From positions 1-57,490 of the IMG/VR virus record IMGVR_UViG_3300010376_000038: 57,490 nt of DNA, one strand, 5' to 3'. Under the pieces are notes generated by a model. That model was not told where the DNA came from, made no database searches, and was given only the letters and a program-made list of their open reading frames with translations. The position numbers and the translations under genes were made by a program. This document shows, piece after piece, positions 25,740 through 35,847 of the stretch (the stretch's first letter is position 1; each line of letters begins with the position of its first letter). This DNA is from a virus (taxonomy: Duplodnaviria > Caudoviricetes).

Positions 25740-26123
25740 TCACTCGCCTGGCTTCTTCCCATACTCGATGTCAGCCTCGTAGGGAATCGTCCTGGGCCAC
25801 TCCTCACGGTTCCTGGCCTTAACTGATGTCACCTGGGGGAAGGAAGCTCGTTTGTTGAACTGTCGAGCCGTCCAGTCCACGTCCCTGCCATCTACCTCTA
25901 CCACTGTGTGGGAGGTCAGGCCCCCGTAGGGTGGGTAGTGGGTGACAACTTGATGAGGCACGCCCCGCTCATGCAGATGACGGGCAAAATCCACCGATGC
26001 CACCTCACACTGCCCAAAACATCCCCCCTGAGTGTGCCAGCCCGCCTTTTCAGCGTGGGGCCGAAATGAGGAGACAGCTTTCTCAAACTGTTCGGGATTG
26101 AGCGCTCGGTGGCTCACGGCCAC
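25740..26123 (-). CDS. Papain/transglutaminase-fold protein with a Cys-His-Asp triad
   Basis: GQCEVAS...HTVVEVDGRDVDWTARQF; GTG start at 26123 overlapping the previous stop. Confidence 0.68.
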   Translation of the reverse strand: MAVSHRALNPEQFEKAVSSFRPHAEKAGWHTQGGCFGQCEVASVDFARHLHERGVPHQVVTHYPPYGGLTSHTVVEVDGRDVDWTARQFNKRASFPQVTSVKARNREEWPRTIPYEADIEYGKKPGE

Positions 26124-28762
26124 AGAGTGGGATCGAGCGGTGGCGTGACGGCGGCTGAGGCGTAGGTGATCGTGTATGTGCTGCCCATGGGCAGCCAACG
26201 GTACAACTCCATGTTGAGCCTGGCGATCCTGGGTGTGCGCCGGGGGTACTCGTAGCTGGCGTTGCTCGTCGGGTCCGAGATGAAATCCCCGCTGGCTGAG
26301 GAGTAGGAGGACGCGTCCATGTAGGGCGGGAGGGTCTCGGTGGGCGACAGCATGGCCGAGTTGAGCAGGAAGCGGGCCTGCTGGGCGACCGGGAAGCGCA
26401 CGAAGGGGTACACGGTGGTTGGGAACACACCCGTGATCGCCTCTGTCGGTGGGTCGCTCAGAGAAAATGGACCGTTTTCCGGGGCGATGCTGTAGCGCAG
26501 ATATTGCTCAGTGATCTGCTGGGTGTTGGTCACCTCCACCCAGGTGCCGTCCGGGTAGTACCACCGGAAGCCCAGCATCATGGCCGCATTGCTGGGGGCC
26601 TGAACCGACAGGTACTGGGCGTAGACGCTGAAGTTGAACGGCTGACCGGCGTTCACCTGGAAAGGCAGCAGGTTGGTGGGATTGGCAATCGTCGGCTGGG
26701 CTGGCTGGGAGAACCAGAGGCCGTTCTGGAAGCCGCTGCCTACGCCGAACCACTGCTGATTGACCATGAACCAGGAGTAGACAGGGTCGAACCAGGGCCT
26801 GGCGTTCGCCCCCTGCACCGCCCCGTCGAACCACTGATGGTCGACCGCGAACCAGCCCAGGGGTGTGGGTGGTGCTGGGGACCAGGAGGAGATGGTGCCG
26901 AACCAGACGGTGGCGTTGGGGACGTTGACGTCGACCTCCAGGGCGGCGTTGCCATGCACCGGCAGTAGCTCGGGAGGGTCTTCGATGGCCTCAGGCCGGT
27001 ACACCAGGGTGGCGGTGTAGGGGTTGTAGCTCGGCTGAGTGTTGTCGGTCTGGAGGGGCAGCTTGGGGTCTTGCAGAGGCGACAGGCCGTCGAAGCCGAT
27101 GAGCGCCACGCTGGTGGTGCCGTCCGGGTTAGTGATCGTCCTGGAGAACGTGGTCAGGGTGTTCGGCAGGAGGTTCGACGCCGTGGGCTGCATGAGCACC
27201 TTGACGTCACGCGGGTACTCGTAGAGCAGCGTCTCCTTGCCCACCTGGGTGGGCGTGCAGGGCCACAGAGCGCACAGGGTGACGTAGTGAGGCTCATTGG
27301 CCGCAGCCCCCAGGACGTGGATCCTGGGATACAGCCAGTAGTAGTCAGGTGCTCCCTGGGGAACCGGATTGCCGGGAGTGGTCTTGCTGTAAGGGTTAAG
27401 GGTGTACGTGGCCGTCATCTGGGTCCAGTGACCAGCGGTCTCGGTGAAGGTCGCTGACTCAGATATGACCGGGAAGGGCGTGCCGGTTCCGGCATCGCCC
27501 CAGACAGACAGCTTCACTGAGCGCTGCACCGACGACCAGATCTGGATGGTGAAAGTGATGTGCCCCTGGGTGTAGCTCCCTGACATGAAGTCGGTGATCG
27601 GAATCGCCCCAGTGGTGGCGTAGAGATCCCCGGCTGAGGTAGCCATGAGCCGCATGCCGGTGCCGGTGCTGCTATAGGGCGGTTTGAGGGGCGGGAAGTT
27701 GTTGTTGGCCGGTGGCCCAAAAGTCTCCAGGGGAGGTGTAGTACCCGCCGCGCTCAGGTTGGAGATCCAGGTGATGGTCTGCCCGTTGGCCTGGCCGGAG
27801 GCGGTCGGGAATACCGGGATCGTGTCCGTTGGGTTATTGGGGTCGTAGGGATTCTGGATGCGCGGAGGCCATAGCTGCCAGGTGCCGATGCCATCGAGCA
27901 TGGCCCCGTCATCGGTGGTCAGCAGGCAGTTGTAGCCGTGGTGGACAAGCTGGGTGCTCGGGTAGCTGGTGAGGATCGAGGCGAACTCACGAATGCCCTG
28001 AGGCGACCCCTTGGTTTTGTACAGATGGACGGCGTTCTCGGCAAGCTGGCGCTCCTGCTGCATGCCCATCTCTGGCTCGTGGACAAGTCCAAGCTGCTGC
28101 ATCATCACGGGTAGCAGTGCCCCGGAGCAGTTCTGGGGGTCGTTGATCGACATCAATGACTCAAGCTCGGTGCGGATGAAGTCGAACTGGAAGCCGATCA
28201 ACTGGAGGTAGCGCTGAAGCGGGGGGTTGGGGCTGTCCACCGGCCAGGGGTTGTAGGGATCCACCAGGATGATGTCGTTGTCGCGGTACGCCATAGGCAG
28301 CAGGTCATAGAGCCGTTGGCCGTAGCCCCAGTTGATGGGTACCAGGGCGATGAGATCGGAGCAACGGATCCACATCTGTTCTGAGAAGCTCCAGCCGAAC
28401 ATGCTGTAGTACTGGAAGCCCGCTGGTAGCCACATGTCAGTGAGGGCCGTGATCGAGCGGGTGACGATGGCATCACTGGGGTCACCGAAGACCGTCGAGG
28501 GAGCCTCTGGCACGGTGTCAGCGAGGTCGCTGTAGTCGAAGACCTGGAAGCCGTCGTCCTCGTCCTGGGGGAGGTTTCTGGGGTTGCGTACTAGACGCAG
28601 GTATTCGCAGTCATTGGAGGGCGGGTTCGTCCACTGAATGTGCAGTGTGGAGTAGTCCAGAGGGTTAGATGTGAATGGGGCCACTGAGAAGTCGGGCCTG
28701 ACGGTGGCTGGATCCGGCCCGAAGTGGCCGACACCATAGAAGTCGATCCCATAGATGCCCAT
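26114..28762 (-). CDS. Baseplate wedge/tail protein (P2 gpI-like domain plus beta-rich domains)
   Basis: LYDLLP.AYR..D, LQRYL, ERQL..NAVHLYKTKGS..GI; located in the baseplate cluster. Confidence 0.8.
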   Translation of the reverse strand: MGIYGIDFYGVGHFGPDPATVRPDFSVAPFTSNPLDYSTLHIQWTNPPSNDCEYLRLVRNPRNLPQDEDDGFQVFDYSDLADTVPEAPSTVFGDPSDAIVTRSITALTDMWLPAGFQYYSMFGWSFSEQMWIRCSDLIALVPINWGYGQRLYDLLPMAYRDNDIILVDPYNPWPVDSPNPPLQRYLQLIGFQFDFIRTELESLMSINDPQNCSGALLPVMMQQLGLVHEPEMGMQQERQLAENAVHLYKTKGSPQGIREFASILTSYPSTQLVHHGYNCLLTTDDGAMLDGIGTWQLWPPRIQNPYDPNNPTDTIPVFPTASGQANGQTITWISNLSAAGTTPPLETFGPPANNNFPPLKPPYSSTGTGMRLMATSAGDLYATTGAIPITDFMSGSYTQGHITFTIQIWSSVQRSVKLSVWGDAGTGTPFPVISESATFTETAGHWTQMTATYTLNPYSKTTPGNPVPQGAPDYYWLYPRIHVLGAAANEPHYVTLCALWPCTPTQVGKETLLYEYPRDVKVLMQPTASNLLPNTLTTFSRTITNPDGTTSVALIGFDGLSPLQDPKLPLQTDNTQPSYNPYTATLVYRPEAIEDPPELLPVHGNAALEVDVNVPNATVWFGTISSWSPAPPTPLGWFAVDHQWFDGAVQGANARPWFDPVYSWFMVNQQWFGVGSGFQNGLWFSQPAQPTIANPTNLLPFQVNAGQPFNFSVYAQYLSVQAPSNAAMMLGFRWYYPDGTWVEVTNTQQITEQYLRYSIAPENGPFSLSDPPTEAITGVFPTTVYPFVRFPVAQQARFLLNSAMLSPTETLPPYMDASSYSSASGDFISDPTSNASYEYPRRTPRIARLNMELYRWLPMGSTYTITYASAAVTPPLDPTLWP

Positions 28763-29613
28763 CAGATCCCCAGAGCTATCCAGGTGAGCGCCACCAGGGC
28801 CTGGCGGTCCACGCGTATGTCCTCGATGAACTGAATCATGGCCCCCTGGGGGCTGAGACCCAGGAGCACGAGTTGATCCTCCATGTACTGGTAGGCGTAC
28901 CAGCCCAGCATGGATCCGCCAGGGAAGGGGTTCTTCATGTAGATGAAGCTGATGATCTCGGAGAAGCGGGCCGGGGTGAAGTCGACCCAGATATTGCCGT
29001 TCTCATCGGTGTAGCCGGTGGTGAAACCACCCGTCATTTTCCATCGCTGCCCCGGCACAGGACCGCGCACGAAATCGTCGCCCAGGTTGGCGAGCTTCGC
29101 CTTCAGTTGCGACTGGATGATGGCCTCCACCTGGGTCCGGTTGAGGCCAGCGACCTTGGCCTGGCTCAGGTTGATCAGGTGGGTACCAGCCACTGCTCCA
29201 GGGGCGGTAACCGGCGCGGTAAAGGCTTTGGAGCCGTCCACCGTCATGTACTGGGGATGATCGTCACCCACATGGATCATGTACATCGCCTGGTGGAGAT
29301 GGTTATGTCCGATGGTGGCCTTGTTCTGATGGAGGAACTGGATCGAACTACCCATCGTGCCCCCCACTAGGAAGGGCTTTTGGCCCACCGTCTGCTCCAT
29401 GGAAACGATCTCAGTGTGGAGATCCCTGGTGACTATGGCGGAATCGAGAGTCAGGTCGATGGCTGTGGTTGTACCGTCCGGATTGCTGACGGTGAAGGTC
29501 TTCTTGGGGTCGTTGGGGTCAGGAGGCTGGTCCGCGTAGCTGACGAAGTTACGAATCTGAACGGGGTAGCGCTGACTGGCCGGTACTGGTGGCGGGGTGG
29601 GGATGTTGGACAT
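28762..29613 (-). CDS. Tail/baseplate-associated protein
   Basis: DDHPQY motif; resembles the 29613 gene. Confidence 0.72.
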   Translation of the reverse strand: MSNIPTPPPVPASQRYPVQIRNFVSYADQPPDPNDPKKTFTVSNPDGTTTAIDLTLDSAIVTRDLHTEIVSMEQTVGQKPFLVGGTMGSSIQFLHQNKATIGHNHLHQAMYMIHVGDDHPQYMTVDGSKAFTAPVTAPGAVAGTHLINLSQAKVAGLNRTQVEAIIQSQLKAKLANLGDDFVRGPVPGQRWKMTGGFTTGYTDENGNIWVDFTPARFSEIISFIYMKNPFPGGSMLGWYAYQYMEDQLVLLGLSPQGAMIQFIEDIRVDRQALVALTWIALGI

Positions 29614-30383
29614 CAGATCCCCATGACGATCCAGGTACAGGAGAACCGCATATTCGGCTGCCAGGAGTAGTCATGGGAGACCTGGACGAGGGCCTGAGTC
29701 TGGGACACGCTCAGAAGGGTCACCTGGGCCTCGATCCAGTTGTAGGGCGGGCAGCCGCTCCCCTGGGGCGGGATCTTGGTGCAGGAGAAGGCTTGGATGC
29801 AGCTAAAGCTGGTCCCGAACGGGATCACGAAGACGCCGTTGTTCAGTGTGCATCCGGATGTCAGCCCGCCTGTGATGCGCCAGTCGACAGAGGTTGTCGA
29901 GCCAAGTAGGGGAGTGCCTCCCTTGGTTCCGGCCATGACACCGGCTGTAGCCGCCGCGATGTCACCGTTCACCGCCGCGTCCACCATGGCCCTTACCTGA
30001 GCGGCGTTCTGGAAGCCGAAGCCCTGTAGCTGGCTCAGAGGCACGAGGTCGCTGGGCGCAGTACCAGCATGGCCTGACACCGGGCGGCTGAAGCCTGGGT
30101 AACCGTTCACCATGATGTACTGCGGGTGGTCGTTGCCCGACGCGTCGCCACTGAGATTGCGGTGGTAGTGAAAGTGGTTGGCTGGGGACTTATTGGCGTA
30201 CAGATCCTGGATAGCACCACCGAAGGTCGTATACGGAGTGGTGTTGAACGGGTTGGTTCCTAGCGTTTTCTCCAGGGCCTGGATCTCATCGTGGCACTCG
30301 TTGATACTCAGGGCCATGATGGTGTCGGTGTAGTCGTGGAAGACCGAGAAGACCTTGATCGCTTGTGGGAAGGCTGCGCCCAT
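29613..30383 (-). CDS. Tail/baseplate-associated protein
   Basis: FP..IKVF, EIQALEKTLG.NP, NDHPQY. Confidence 0.72.
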   Translation of the reverse strand: MGAAFPQAIKVFSVFHDYTDTIMALSINECHDEIQALEKTLGTNPFNTTPYTTFGGAIQDLYANKSPANHFHYHRNLSGDASGNDHPQYIMVNGYPGFSRPVSGHAGTAPSDLVPLSQLQGFGFQNAAQVRAMVDAAVNGDIAAATAGVMAGTKGGTPLLGSTTSVDWRITGGLTSGCTLNNGVFVIPFGTSFSCIQAFSCTKIPPQGSGCPPYNWIEAQVTLLSVSQTQALVQVSHDYSWQPNMRFSCTWIVMGI

Positions 30384-32338
30384 CAGTAGTTGATACCACC
30401 ATTCGCATTGACGTTGACCGTGTTGGCCTGGGGGTTGGCCTGCGGGATCTCGTAAGCAGCGCAGACGATGTCAGCACAACCACTGGATTCGGCCCGACAG
30501 AGCACGCTCACGTTGACGTAGTCGACTCCTTCCACTTCCATGAGGGAGTGATACACGCTCGACAAGCTGATTCGGGAACCGAAATCCACCACTGAAAAGG
30601 TGAAGAGGTTCTGGAGCGCGGCCATAGCAGATGACTGCACCGTAGAGGTGTGGTACTGAGGCAGTACCTGGATCGTGGCCGTGATGTTGATCGGGACGTA
30701 CCCGGTCTGAAGGACGTTGTTCTTGTTGTACTGGGGGGCCAGGACATTGATGGACGTGCCCACCATCTTCTTGTCGTCCAGATAGCCGGTCATGGCCGCG
30801 TTGGTGATCGATGGAGCTATGGCGTTGACCCGGTTTTGCAACGTTGGAGCATCGGAGATGAAGCTCCCGGCTGGGTGAACATACAGGTTCACCATGTTGT
30901 AGGCCGTGGAGATCACGGCTGCCTTGGCTATCTGGGGGATGTTCAGCACCAGGGCCGCATAGTCGTCCAGTGACACGGCCCGGTTGATCGCGGTCAGGGA
31001 CAGCGGGGCATGGATGCGGATGTGGTCGATGGTCTCGGCGTCAGCACCGCCCTGGGCCGCTGAAGAGTTGGTGACAGCGCTGATCGACTGCGGCCCAACC
31101 ACGAGTTGGGTGAGTGAGTTCGGAGCCACGTTGCCGATGGCCCCACCACCCACCATGTAGGTGGCTGTGATGAGTGCCCCAGGAGGCGGTATGCGCCCTG
31201 CCAGGCCATCTCCGAAGGTGACGGTCACCACGCTGTTGGCGTCGATAGAGAGCGTATATGCGCCCTCTGAGGAGAAGGCATCGATGATGCGCTGCTTGTA
31301 TATCCAGGGCTGAGGACCGCCGCCCTCGTCAACCGAGATCACCACACTGCCGTCTACAACCGGCGTACTGAAGAGGGTGTACATCTGGTTCGGGGTGCCG
31401 TCCGAGATGCCAACAGTCTCATTGGCAACGGTCGACCCCTGTATGGCCGGGGCCTGGCCGGTGTACTGCGGCGTGGCGGAATAGACAGGCGGCGTACCAG
31501 ACGACGTGATAGCAGTGGGTGAGTAGTAGATCAGGATGGTCTGGCCGGTCGTCGGGCAGGCTCCTGGGTTCTGGGCAGTACCCCCGCCGAAGAGGATCGT
31601 GGTCCCGTTGATGACCGTGTAGACCTGAGACGCGGCGGTGTAGCCGCTGCCCTGGAAGGAGTTGTTGGCCGCGAGCGCCCAGACTGTCCCGCCCACGATC
31701 ACCACCTGATTGCCGCTCCCGCCAGTGAAGTGGTACAGGGGGTAGGGAATGGTGCCGGTGGTGTCACCCAGGTAGAACTGCTGGTTGGGCTGGCCGGTGC
31801 CATAGATGGCGGGCTGTCCCTGCGCCGGGATCGTGGTGAGGACACCGTCGCCATAGACCCACAGATCTGAGGTGGTCTCAAAGATGATGGGCTGACCGAC
31901 CAGCAGGGTCGATACCTGGGTGCCCTGGGGAATCAGTACCGGTGTGGGGGAAGGGCCGGTCCCGTTGGCGATGGTGAACTGCAACCCTGGCGGGAAAGGC
32001 AACGTGGCTGCCACGTTGCCGTGTGGGGTGTAGTCCAGTAGAGCGGCCAGATTGAGGATCGACTGACGCTGCTGAGCCGTGGAGATGAACGCCTCATTGG
32101 CGACGCGGTCGGTGTAGAAGTTAAGGATGTCCCCGACATAGGCGAATAGCTCCAGGAGCACGATCCCGAAGTCACCAGCAGAGCGGTCGGTCCACTCCGG
32201 CAGGTAGCTCGGGATCAGGGTCAGCATGTCGTTGACCAGGCTGGCGTAATCCCGGCTGGTGTAGTCAATGGGCGGGACAACAACGTTCCCAGGGACGATG
32301 TCGGCAATCGTGCCCAGTGAGACCGGAGCGATGCTCAT
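30383..32338 (-). CDS. Baseplate J-like/T4 gp6-like wedge protein
   Basis: IDYTSRDY, PEWTD...DFG.VLLELFAY, FGDG..G.IP, GGAD.E, RAVSLDDY. Confidence 0.92.
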   Translation of the reverse strand: MSIAPVSLGTIADIVPGNVVVPPIDYTSRDYASLVNDMLTLIPSYLPEWTDRSAGDFGIVLLELFAYVGDILNFYTDRVANEAFISTAQQRQSILNLAALLDYTPHGNVAATLPFPPGLQFTIANGTGPSPTPVLIPQGTQVSTLLVGQPIIFETTSDLWVYGDGVLTTIPAQGQPAIYGTGQPNQQFYLGDTTGTIPYPLYHFTGGSGNQVVIVGGTVWALAANNSFQGSGYTAASQVYTVINGTTILFGGGTAQNPGACPTTGQTILIYYSPTAITSSGTPPVYSATPQYTGQAPAIQGSTVANETVGISDGTPNQMYTLFSTPVVDGSVVISVDEGGGPQPWIYKQRIIDAFSSEGAYTLSIDANSVVTVTFGDGLAGRIPPPGALITATYMVGGGAIGNVAPNSLTQLVVGPQSISAVTNSSAAQGGADAETIDHIRIHAPLSLTAINRAVSLDDYAALVLNIPQIAKAAVISTAYNMVNLYVHPAGSFISDAPTLQNRVNAIAPSITNAAMTGYLDDKKMVGTSINVLAPQYNKNNVLQTGYVPINITATIQVLPQYHTSTVQSSAMAALQNLFTFSVVDFGSRISLSSVYHSLMEVEGVDYVNVSVLCRAESSGCADIVCAAYEIPQANPQANTVNVNANGGINY

Positions 32339-32766
32339 GCATTCACCTCGACAGAGCTACCACTGAGATTGACGGTGAAGGTCTGGATCGTCGGTGAGGA
32401 ACCGACCGTGAAGTGGATCTGGAGCGTCACGATCCCGGAGTACTGCGGTTCTGGAAGGAACTCGATGTCATTGACGATGATGTTTGGCTCGTAGGTGGCA
32501 AGCTGGTTATTGATCGTGGTGATCAGGGCCTGCTCTTCCAGGGGGTTATCGTTCTCCCAGACGAAGCCATAGACACCAGCGCCGTAGGTGGGCCGCATGA
32601 CTCGTTCCCCAGGGTTGGTCAGCAGGATCGCCAGGATGTGGTTCATGGCCCACCGGTAGGGATCGAGATCGAAAGCGACCGCGCCGGTACTGTCGATGTT
32701 GAAAGGCTGGGAGATCTCCCAGACAGGGGGAAGCTGGCGGAAGTTCGACGGGACCAGGAAGCTCAT
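32335..32766 (-). CDS. GPW/gp25-family baseplate protein
   Basis: LLTNPGERVMRPTYG, YEP; start at MSFLVP. Confidence 0.9.
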   Translation of the reverse strand: MSFLVPSNFRQLPPVWEISQPFNIDSTGAVAFDLDPYRWAMNHILAILLTNPGERVMRPTYGAGVYGFVWENDNPLEEQALITTINNQLATYEPNIIVNDIEFLPEPQYSGIVTLQIHFTVGSSPTIQTFTVNLSGSSVEVNA

Positions 32767-33629
32767 TGCGACACCCACTCTGCATCCAGCCAGGTGAACG
32801 TCGGGACGCCATAGATACCAACCGCCACGTTGCCATTCGTCTTGTAAGCCCACAGGCTGATTACATCGTGGGCGTTGAGAGGTACAAGCGCTGTCTTACC
32901 TGGATTCGGGTAAGAAGCACCGAACGTATACATGTCACTCCTGATGATCTCTGTCTTAGTGGTCATCGGTTGTCCCGCTAGTGTCTGGTAGACACTGCCG
33001 ATGTACCGACCCGCCCCAATGGCACCGTAAAGCATGCCAAAGCTGACGCGGTAGATCCCGGTGACTGGCACGCTAAGAAGGCTGGCCCCGACCGATGCGC
33101 CGCCACGAACGAATGAACTCGTCAGGGCTATCTGGACCCATTGGTTGTCGGTAGCGGGCAGGTTCGTGTTAGCAGTGCCAACGGCCTTGCCACACGGGAC
33201 GATGTTGGCGTAGTGGTAGGTGCGGATGTCGACTATCGCGGTTGTGGAGTTGACCTGATAGAGCGGAACTGTCCACTGGTTGGCCCCTGGAGTGTTCACA
33301 GGAGGCGTGGTCCCGGCTACATAGACGAAGGAGACCGTGCGCTGGGCCATGTCCAGTTGGGCGCACAGCAGGCCCGGATAAGTCAGACCGGCAACGCTGT
33401 AGGTCTTGGGGTTATTGAGTTGCCCGTAGAACCCATCGATCCAGACTGCTCCCGGTTGGATGGTGATGACCCCGGTGGCAATGGCGCAGGATAGGTTGCT
33501 CGCGTAGCCGTAGACGACACCGGAGTTACTCCAGTTCCGCGCCATGAGCCGCCAGTTGCCCGGTGAGGCTGTCGCCCCGATCCCCTGATCGAAGGGGAAG
33601 TAGTTGTCGAACGGGGTGATGTTGCTCAC
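32763..33629 (-). CDS. Minor tail protein
   Basis: YFPFD.G.GA...WR.MA..W...GV, PGAVWIDGFY. Confidence 0.72.
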   Translation of the reverse strand: MSNITPFDNYFPFDQGIGATASPGNWRLMARNWSNSGVVYGYASNLSCAIATGVITIQPGAVWIDGFYGQLNNPKTYSVAGLTYPGLLCAQLDMAQRTVSFVYVAGTTPPVNTPGANQWTVPLYQVNSTTAIVDIRTYHYANIVPCGKAVGTANTNLPATDNQWVQIALTSSFVRGGASVGASLLSVPVTGIYRVSFGMLYGAIGAGRYIGSVYQTLAGQPMTTKTEIIRSDMYTFGASYPNPGKTALVPLNAHDVISLWAYKTNGNVAVGIYGVPTFTWLDAEWVSQ

Positions 33630-33633
33630 TGGG

Positions 33634-34491
33634 TCACGTCCCTACTGGGGCGATCCCTGTGGCCCACAGGCTCAGTGTCATCTGTGAGATCGAGATCCCC
33701 GGTCCTGGACCCGCTGTCACTCTCCATCCGAAGGTCTTCCTCCCTTGAGACACTGGGACGACGCCCATCAACGCAACGGGTACCGAGATGGTCTGGCCGC
33801 TGACACCCCCAGCGGCAGCCGGTGTGATGATGGGGCTGACCTGTTGGTCACTCTGGTTCCACTGGTAGGTCAACTGACAGGTGGCGTTCTGGGCTTGGCT
33901 GATGTCGTTGAACTGCACCAGGAGGGTGCCGTGCAGAAAGCCCTGGGCCGCGTAGGGGATGCGAGCCAGGCCGAAGCTATTTTGGGAGACAGCCCCGGTG
34001 CCCACAGGTACGACACCTGGCGAACTGGCGAACCAGCGGATCCCGGTAGTCGGGTTGATTAGGTTCCGAAGATCGGTGAGGGTGCTGCCGGAGACACCCC
34101 AGAGCGGAATCTCCCAGATGTTGAGGTCTTGCTCAAAGCCACCGCTGCCGTAGTCAGTCGCGGTTGTGAACAGCAGGCTGACCTTCTCGGTGTTGAAGTC
34201 ACAGTGGGCCACGATGGTGCCAGCGGCCCCCACGTTGATTGGCTGTGGGGTCTGGATCTCGGCGTAGTACCCATGGATGAACACCGCGCCCTGCTGGATG
34301 GTGGTAGCACCGCCAGTGATGGCCGTGGCGTATAGCTGGCTGGTGGCCGGGGTGTTGCCATAGGGGTAGTTGGAAACCACCCCGTCTGGTGCCCACAGGT
34401 TCGCCATTTTTCGCCACCGGGCCGCGTTGGCGGTCCCTGCACCCATGCCAGGGTCGAAGGGGTAGTACTCGTCAAAGAACGGAGCGGGCAT
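33634..34491 (-). CDS. Minor tail protein (paralogue of the 32763 gene)
   Basis: YYPFDPG.GA...WRKMANLW..DGV, GAVFIHGYY, WEIPL. Confidence 0.72.
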   Translation of the reverse strand: MPAPFFDEYYPFDPGMGAGTANAARWRKMANLWAPDGVVSNYPYGNTPATSQLYATAITGGATTIQQGAVFIHGYYAEIQTPQPINVGAAGTIVAHCDFNTEKVSLLFTTATDYGSGGFEQDLNIWEIPLWGVSGSTLTDLRNLINPTTGIRWFASSPGVVPVGTGAVSQNSFGLARIPYAAQGFLHGTLLVQFNDISQAQNATCQLTYQWNQSDQQVSPIITPAAAGGVSGQTISVPVALMGVVPVSQGRKTFGWRVTAGPGPGISISQMTLSLWATGIAPVGT

Positions 34492-34494
34492 GAC

Positions 34495-35085
34495 TCACCA
34501 GGAGAGGTTGGCTTGTTCGACGTGGAGGGCGGGCGGCCTCTTATCAATGACGTCCGTGTTGTGCCTGGCCCTGATCCAGTCGTTCATGTGCGAGGGTGTC
34601 GGCTGCATCCCCAGGGTGTAGCGGATGGCTTCCCCGAAACCGGCGTGGGAGAAGTACCTCGCGGTGGAGTAGGCATCCATGCCCTTCTTGACCGTGTTGA
34701 GGACGGCAGGCTTGTTGAACTGGAGGCCGTTGGCGTTGCGGTTGACGAAGTGCCCCATGCCAGTGCCTGGGCGGGTGAACTGAGGCCCTACCCCGTCCTG
34801 GAGGGTGTGCTGGGAACTGGGCCAGCCAGTCTGAGGGTGGGGTGGGTTTGCAGGCTGTTGCTGTTGTTGCTGCTGCGCGGCCCCCGGTCCACCGATGGGG
34901 GCACCGAAGGGTCGGGCCGCAGTCTGGAGAGGGGATTGCTCACCAGCCGGTGTCACCCTTCTCATGGCAAGCTGAGCCGCTGTGAAGATGGGGGCATTGG
35001 CAGGATGCCCCGCCATGCTGGCTGCCCGCTGTCGGTTCCTACGCTGGGTTCGGTCTGAGTCACCAGGCTGGGGTACGTCAGGCAT
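34495..35085 (-). CDS. Low-complexity protein with a poly-Gln tract
   Basis: GGAGG RBS; QQQQQQQ. Confidence 0.68.
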   Translation of the reverse strand: MPDVPQPGDSDRTQRRNRQRAASMAGHPANAPIFTAAQLAMRRVTPAGEQSPLQTAARPFGAPIGGPGAAQQQQQQQPANPPHPQTGWPSSQHTLQDGVGPQFTRPGTGMGHFVNRNANGLQFNKPAVLNTVKKGMDAYSTARYFSHAGFGEAIRYTLGMQPTPSHMNDWIRARHNTDVIDKRPPALHVEQANLSW

Positions 35086-35088
35086 TGG

Positions 35089-35592
35089 TTACCTCCAGGG
35101 GGGAGCGAGCTTGCGTAGCTGGGTAGTGCGACCGATGCCGGGGTCAGCACCCATCAGGGACTGCTGGCGAGGACTCCACTGAGGCACGAGATCCTGGCGG
35201 GGGGCGTTGCGCTCGGACAAGACCATGGTGTCCACCAGCACGCCCTCCATCTGGCGCTCGATCCCACGCGTGGGCTGGAGGGACGGCGGGTACATGTAGT
35301 CAGCCGGGTCGATGCGCTCGCCCTTGTGAACTCCCCTGACATAAGACCGCTGGTTGGCCCGTTGCTTAAGGCTGTCGAGGAGCCGGTCCCCTCGCCGGGT
35401 GTTGATGGTCCCCAGGTAGCCGTCTGGGTACATGGCCTCTGGAGTGCGGTTGAAGGCAGATCGTCTCGCATCCAGGGCGTCGCGGAAGAACGGCCCCAGC
35501 CCACCCCCGCCTCCAGCGGTGTTGGCGTTTCCAGGCGCGCCCTGGTTGTACGGGGGCAGGTACTGCCATGGCGTGAAGACGCCCCTGGGCAC
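35089..35592 (-). CDS. Conserved phage protein, probably virion-associated
   Basis: RTPEAMYPDGYLGTI...RSYVRGVHKGERIDP. Confidence 0.75.
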   Translation of the reverse strand: MPRGVFTPWQYLPPYNQGAPGNANTAGGGGGLGPFFRDALDARRSAFNRTPEAMYPDGYLGTINTRRGDRLLDSLKQRANQRSYVRGVHKGERIDPADYMYPPSLQPTRGIERQMEGVLVDTMVLSERNAPRQDLVPQWSPRQQSLMGADPGIGRTTQLRKLAPPWR

Positions 35593-35595
35593 GGG

Positions 35596-35847
35596 TTACC
35601 CCGTGATCGAGGTGGCGTCGAAGAAGCCTCGTACCTCTTCACTACGAGAGTGGGCCACCGGCATGAGTTGCCCCAGAAAATGGGCGTCCTGAGGATCCCG
35701 AATGGACGCGTCCTTTTCTGAGGTCACCATGTCATAGGTAGGACCGTGCGGCTCCTTGAGGACGTGATCGGCGTACTCGTAGCCGCCTGCGCCCTGCCCG
35801 GTGTTCATGGGGGCGGGGCCTTGGAAGCCCCCCCGGTTACCCGGCAT
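35596..35847 (-). CDS. Small Gly-rich hypothetical protein
   Basis: AGGAG RBS; operon packing. Confidence 0.65.
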   Translation of the reverse strand: MPGNRGGFQGPAPMNTGQGAGGYEYADHVLKEPHGPTYDMVTSEKDASIRDPQDAHFLGQLMPVAHSRSEEVRGFFDATSITG

